DNA of 64,000 nt from NCBI GenBank assembly GCA_040767965.1, contig JAXGNR010000004.1, positions 64,001 through 128,000 of the forward strand. Reading direction: 5' to 3'. Position 1 is the first letter of the stretch. Each line of letters begins with the position of its first letter. The position numbers were made by a program, and so were the translations under genes. This document shows positions 60,220 to 64,000 of the stretch, piece after piece. This DNA comes from Atribacterota bacterium (GTDB lineage: Bacteria > Atribacterota > Phoenicimicrobiia > Phoenicimicrobiales > Stramentimicrobiaceae). The notes beneath the pieces are model-generated. The model was not told where the DNA came from. It was given only the letters and a program-made list of their open reading frames with translations, and searched no databases.

Positions 60220-61263
60220 ATGATAAAGAGATTTATTTTGCCTTTGTTGTTAATTTGTATCCTGGGTTTTAGTATTAACGTGAGTGCTCAAACAGTTATT
60301 AGAATTTCTTATAATGCTCCAACAACACAAGATTCTTTAGTAGTGCAATGGGAGCAAGAACACGGTATGGCTGCAATATTTAAAAGTATTGTGGAAACAA
60401 GAACCGGTGGTGATGTTATAGTGGAATTGTACCCTGATTCTCAGCTGGGAGGGCATTTAGCCTCTGTAGAAATGGTGCAGGGTGGCACTATTCAAGCTGC
60501 TGTTGGCACAGGAATTATGGCTGGATTTTTCCCGGAATTTGAATTGATAAGTATCCCCTATCTGTTTAAATCTGAAGAAATAGCCTGGTACTTATTTGAT
60601 AATAGTGAATTCTGGGCTAATTTAATGGAAAAAATGGCTGAAGAAACCGGAATCAGATTATTAGGCATGGGGCAAAACGGGACCAGACATTTCACTCATA
60701 AAAGCAAATTTATTAAGAGCCCTGAAGATTTAAAAGGGGAAAAGATTAGAGTTATGCAATCTCCTGTATTTATTGAAATGATGAGATCTTTTGGAGCTGA
60801 AGCAGTTCCAATTGCCTGGACTGAACTATATACTTCTCTACAAACAGGAGTAGTTGCAGGACAGGAAAATCCAGTATCAGTTATTGTCAGTGGAAGTATT
60901 TATGAAGTGCAAAAATATATAACACTAGATGGACATTTGTGGAGTGAAGACGTTTTCGTGATCAATAACGATTTTTATAATAGCTTATCTGATGATGTAA
61001 AAGGTATTATCCAGTCAGCTATCAGACAGGCAGTGGTAGTTAACAGAGGAGTTGAAACAATTCATGCCAATGGTCCTGGGTTGGAAAAACTTATTGCAGA
61101 AGGTATGGAAGTGTATGTTCCCACTATTGAAGAGAAAAACAGATTTGCTGAAGTTGCTCAACCGGCCGTACTGGCATATTTAAGGGAAAAAATTGGTGAC
61201 GAACCGGTAGACGGCATGTTACAAGCTGTAGCTGAGGCAGAGGAAGCATTAGGGTTTAAATAA
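60220..61263 (+). CDS. dctP: TRAP transporter substrate-binding protein
   Basis: Signal peptide, YPDSQLG, DLKGEKIRVM, ELYTSLQTGVVAGQENP. Confidence 0.95.
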   Translation: MIKRFILPLLLICILGFSINVSAQTVIRISYNAPTTQDSLVVQWEQEHGMAAIFKSIVETRTGGDVIVELYPDSQLGGHLASVEMVQGGTIQAAVGTGIMAGFFPEFELISIPYLFKSEEIAWYLFDNSEFWANLMEKMAEETGIRLLGMGQNGTRHFTHKSKFIKSPEDLKGEKIRVMQSPVFIEMMRSFGAEAVPIAWTELYTSLQTGVVAGQENPVSVIVSGSIYEVQKYITLDGHLWSEDVFVINNDFYNSLSDDVKGIIQSAIRQAVVVNRGVETIHANGPGLEKLIAEGMEVYVPTIEEKNRFAEVAQPAVLAYLREKIGDEPVDGMLQAVAEAEEALGFK

Positions 61264-61269
61264 AAGAAA

Positions 61270-61305
61270 AAATAAATAGGGCAGTGTACACTGCCCTATT
61301 TATTT
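61270..61305. other. Perfect 36-bp palindrome after dctP
   Basis: aaataaatagggcagtgt|acactgccctatttattt. Confidence 0.85.
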
Positions 61306-61345
61306 AATATGGCTTATAAAAATAGCAAATTGGAGGGGTATAATT

Positions 61346-61876
61346 TTGGTCAGCAAAGAAACGAAAGAAGAAAATAATTCATTAATCTTATTAAACAATA
61401 TTAGTAATGTAATAGAAAAAATTGCCATTTACTGCTGTGTATCTTTAATTGCCATCTTGCTAGTTATTGTTTTAGCCCAAATCACTTTAAGATGGATTGG
61501 TTTTTCAATTCCCTGGACTGAGGAATTATCCCGTTTTTTAATGATCTGGGCTGGCTTGCTAGGGGCTAGTGTTGCCTTTAAAAGGGGAAGCCATATCGGT
61601 GTAGAGGTAGTTGTAAATTTATTTCCTGCTAAAATAAAATTTGTTATTAATCTAATAATTAGATTGATCGTAATTATTTTTATAGTTTATTTTATTAAAT
61701 ATGGCTGGGATGTTGCCTTCAAGGCACTCAGAGTAAGGTCTCCGGGATTGGAAATATTAATGTTTTGGCCAAAGCTATCCCTGCCTGTTGGTGGAATGAT
61801 AATGCTTATCCAGGCTGTTTGTTTATTTTTTACAGAAATATTTACAGGCTCTAAAGAAAAGGAGATTAGCACATGA
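61346..61876 (+). CDS. dctQ: TRAP small permease
   Basis: WTEELSRFLMIW, GSHIGV, 4 TM segments. Confidence 0.93.
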   Translation: MVSKETKEENNSLILLNNISNVIEKIAIYCCVSLIAILLVIVLAQITLRWIGFSIPWTEELSRFLMIWAGLLGASVAFKRGSHIGVEVVVNLFPAKIKFVINLIIRLIVIIFIVYFIKYGWDVAFKALRVRSPGLEILMFWPKLSLPVGGMIMLIQAVCLFFTEIFTGSKEKEIST

Positions 61877-63159
61877 GTGGATTATTGTTTATCACATTTT
61901 TAATTACCCTTTTTTCAGGTATGCCCATTGCATTTGCTTTAGGAATAAGTGCTTTTGTGTTTTTTACCCAATGGGGCGGCGTGCCCATGGATGTAATTGC
62001 ACATCGGTTTTTTGATTCCATTAATCAGTTTGTGTTGTTATCTATTCCTTTTTTTATTCTGGCTGGAGAAATAATGAACAAAACCGGCATAACTAAAAAT
62101 TTAGTGGAATTTGCTTATATTTGTGTTGGGAAATTAAGAGGAGGATTAGCCCATGCTAATATTTTAGCCAGCATATTATTTGCTGGATTGACTGGAGCAG
62201 GAGTATCTGACACATCTGCTTTAGGTTCAATTTTAATTCCGGCAATGAAAGAAAAAGGATTTGAAGCTGATTACAGTGCAGCCGTAACTGCTGCTTCTTC
62301 AGTAATTGGGCCTATAATTCCTCCCAGTATAATAATGGTTGTTTTTGGTTCTATTATGGGAATATCCGTAGGATCATTATTTGCTGCCGGATTTGTGCCG
62401 GGAATTCTGATTGGAATCGGGTTAATGATAATGGCTTATATTATAAGCAGCAAAAGGGGACATCCCCGAAGAACAGAGCCTGTTAAACCAAAAGAATTTT
62501 TGATTGCTTTTAAAGATGCTTTTTTGGCCTTACTCATGCCAATCATAATCATCGGTGGTATTTTAGGGGGAGTCTTTACTCCCACTGAAGCTGCTGCTAT
62601 TGCAGTTGCTTATGGTCTTATTATAGGTTTTTTTGTTTATCGGACCTTAAAACTATCTGATTTGCCGGAATGTCTTTTGAAAAGTGCCATAACCACATCT
62701 ATCATACTTTTAATAATTGGTTTTGCCAATGTTTTTGGATGGGCATTGGCAATAGAACGCATTCCTCAACAGCTTGCCAGATTTTTTATTTCCATGGGAT
62801 TAAATAAAATTACATTTCTGCTGGTTGTCAATGGCTTATTACTCTTTATGGGAATGATTATGGAGACTGGAGCTAATGCAATTTTATTAGGACCTGTATT
62901 GATGCCGGTAGCAGTACAATTAGGAATAAATCCGTTGCATTTTGCCATGATAATGCTGGTAAACCTGAATATAGGTTTAGCGACCCCACCCTTGGGAGTA
63001 TGCCTATTTGTTGCAGCTCCAATTGCTGAAATATCTTTAGAAAAATTATCAAAAGCTATTTTCCCTTTTTTAGCAGTAGAGGTTATTGTTTTATTATTCC
63101 TTACATACATTCCAGAGCTGACTTTAATTGTTCCCAGATTGACTGGATTTATAGATTAA
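61873..63159 (+). CDS. dctM: TRAP large permease
   Basis: IPFFILAG, GGLAHAN, IIPPS, GVFTPTEA, TPPLG. Confidence 0.96.
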   Translation: MSGLLFITFLITLFSGMPIAFALGISAFVFFTQWGGVPMDVIAHRFFDSINQFVLLSIPFFILAGEIMNKTGITKNLVEFAYICVGKLRGGLAHANILASILFAGLTGAGVSDTSALGSILIPAMKEKGFEADYSAAVTAASSVIGPIIPPSIIMVVFGSIMGISVGSLFAAGFVPGILIGIGLMIMAYIISSKRGHPRRTEPVKPKEFLIAFKDAFLALLMPIIIIGGILGGVFTPTEAAAIAVAYGLIIGFFVYRTLKLSDLPECLLKSAITTSIILLIIGFANVFGWALAIERIPQQLARFFISMGLNKITFLLVVNGLLLFMGMIMETGANAILLGPVLMPVAVQLGINPLHFAMIMLVNLNIGLATPPLGVCLFVAAPIAEISLEKLSKAIFPFLAVEVIVLLFLTYIPELTLIVPRLTGFID

Positions 63160-63242
63160 AATAATATAATAATATATTGAACTGTTATAATATTTTTATA
63201 GGATTAAACAGCTAGTGTTTTTAATATTAAACGAGGTGAATT

Positions 63243-64000
63243 ATGCTTAATGTAAATGAAGTAAAAATACCTGGCATTGAAAAAATAGAGCTCCCCTTGA
63301 TGATAAAAGTACAACAAATAATTCCCGATGATCATATAACAGATGTATCAATTACACTAAATAATGAAATGAATAGATTTTTAGAGAATAATAATAACAG
63401 TAATCCTTTTTTAAATAAAAAAGTTGCTATTACTGCTGGCAGTAGAGGGATAGACAGGATTGCAGAAGTAATAAAATCCCTTGTTGCTGAGATAAAATTA
63501 TTAGGAGGAAGCCCTTTTATTGTACCGGCAATGGGAAGTCATGGTGGTGGAGAAGCTGAAGCCCAGAAGGAAATACTGGCAAATTATGGTATTACTGAAG
63601 AGAAAATGGACGCAAAAATCGTATCTTCCTTGAAAGTTGAAAAGGTAGGAGAAACAAAAGACGGAATATCTGTTTTTGTTGATAGTGAATCCTTGCAGGC
63701 TGATGCAATTGTTGTTGTAAACAGAGTGAAAGTTCACACTGATTTTGCAGGTGATGTGGAAAGTGGCCTAATGAAGATGATGGCCATAGGATTAGGCAAA
63801 CATGTAGGCGCCTCAACATTACATTATTATGGTTTTGATTTGTTTTCTGAGCTTATTCCAGAAGTAGGATTGAAAATAATTGAAAAAACACCAATTGCAA
63901 TGGGAGTATCTTTAGTTGAAAATGCTTATGATAAATTATGTTTAATAAAAATTAGCAAACCAGTAGATTTTTATCAGGATGAAAAAGAATTGTTAAAAAT
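63243..64000 (+). CDS. Lactate-racemase (LarA/DUF2088)-domain protein, runs off the window end
   Basis: Not in the ORF track; SD gaggtga plus ATG 63243; VAITAGSRGI, PAMGSHGG, NRVKVHTDF, ESGLMKMMAIGLGK, ENAYD. Confidence 0.85.
   Translation, partial: MLNVNEVKIPGIEKIELPLMIKVQQIIPDDHITDVSITLNNEMNRFLENNNNSNPFLNKKVAITAGSRGIDRIAEVIKSLVAEIKLLGGSPFIVPAMGSHGGGEAEAQKEILANYGITEEKMDAKIVSSLKVEKVGETKDGISVFVDSESLQADAIVVVNRVKVHTDFAGDVESGLMKMMAIGLGKHVGASTLHYYGFDLFSELIPEVGLKIIEKTPIAMGVSLVENAYDKLCLIKISKPVDFYQDEKELLK

Overview
AT-rich bacterial chromosomal window with no rRNA, tRNA, CRISPR array or intact mobile element that I can see. A Firmicutes-type SOS box together with an outer-membrane-barrel-like gene suggests a deep-branching diderm anaerobe, possibly Atribacterota-like (inference only). 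Contents in order: transketolase and a frameshifted Fe-ADH; a lysine-riboswitch-controlled lysA-dapF-dapL-ask-dapA-dapB operon; DUF151 nuclease, B3/4 protein and clpB; Lon-like protease, TPR and LiaF-like genes; a TM/long coiled-coil/LysM protein; fadD; an unusual parA-ftsZ-(transposase-derived ORF) unit; xth; a LexA-regulated lexA-DUF72-dnaE(split)-dinB mutagenesis cassette with two identical SOS boxes; pgi; marR-hsp20; transport and redox genes; rpoZ; udg, nif3 and polX; and an organic/sugar-acid catabolic island (Zn dehydrogenase, DapA-like and RraA-like aldolases, TTT and TRAP transporters, 2-hydroxyacid dehydrogenase, LarA-like protein). Top finding: the ftsZ occupies the position where parB normally follows parA, overlaps parA, and starts with [13 protein letters not shown], which resembles the ParB N-terminal ParA-activating motif (LGRGLxAL). 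This points to a ParA ATPase acting directly on an FtsZ. All family assignments are from motif recognition, not database searches.
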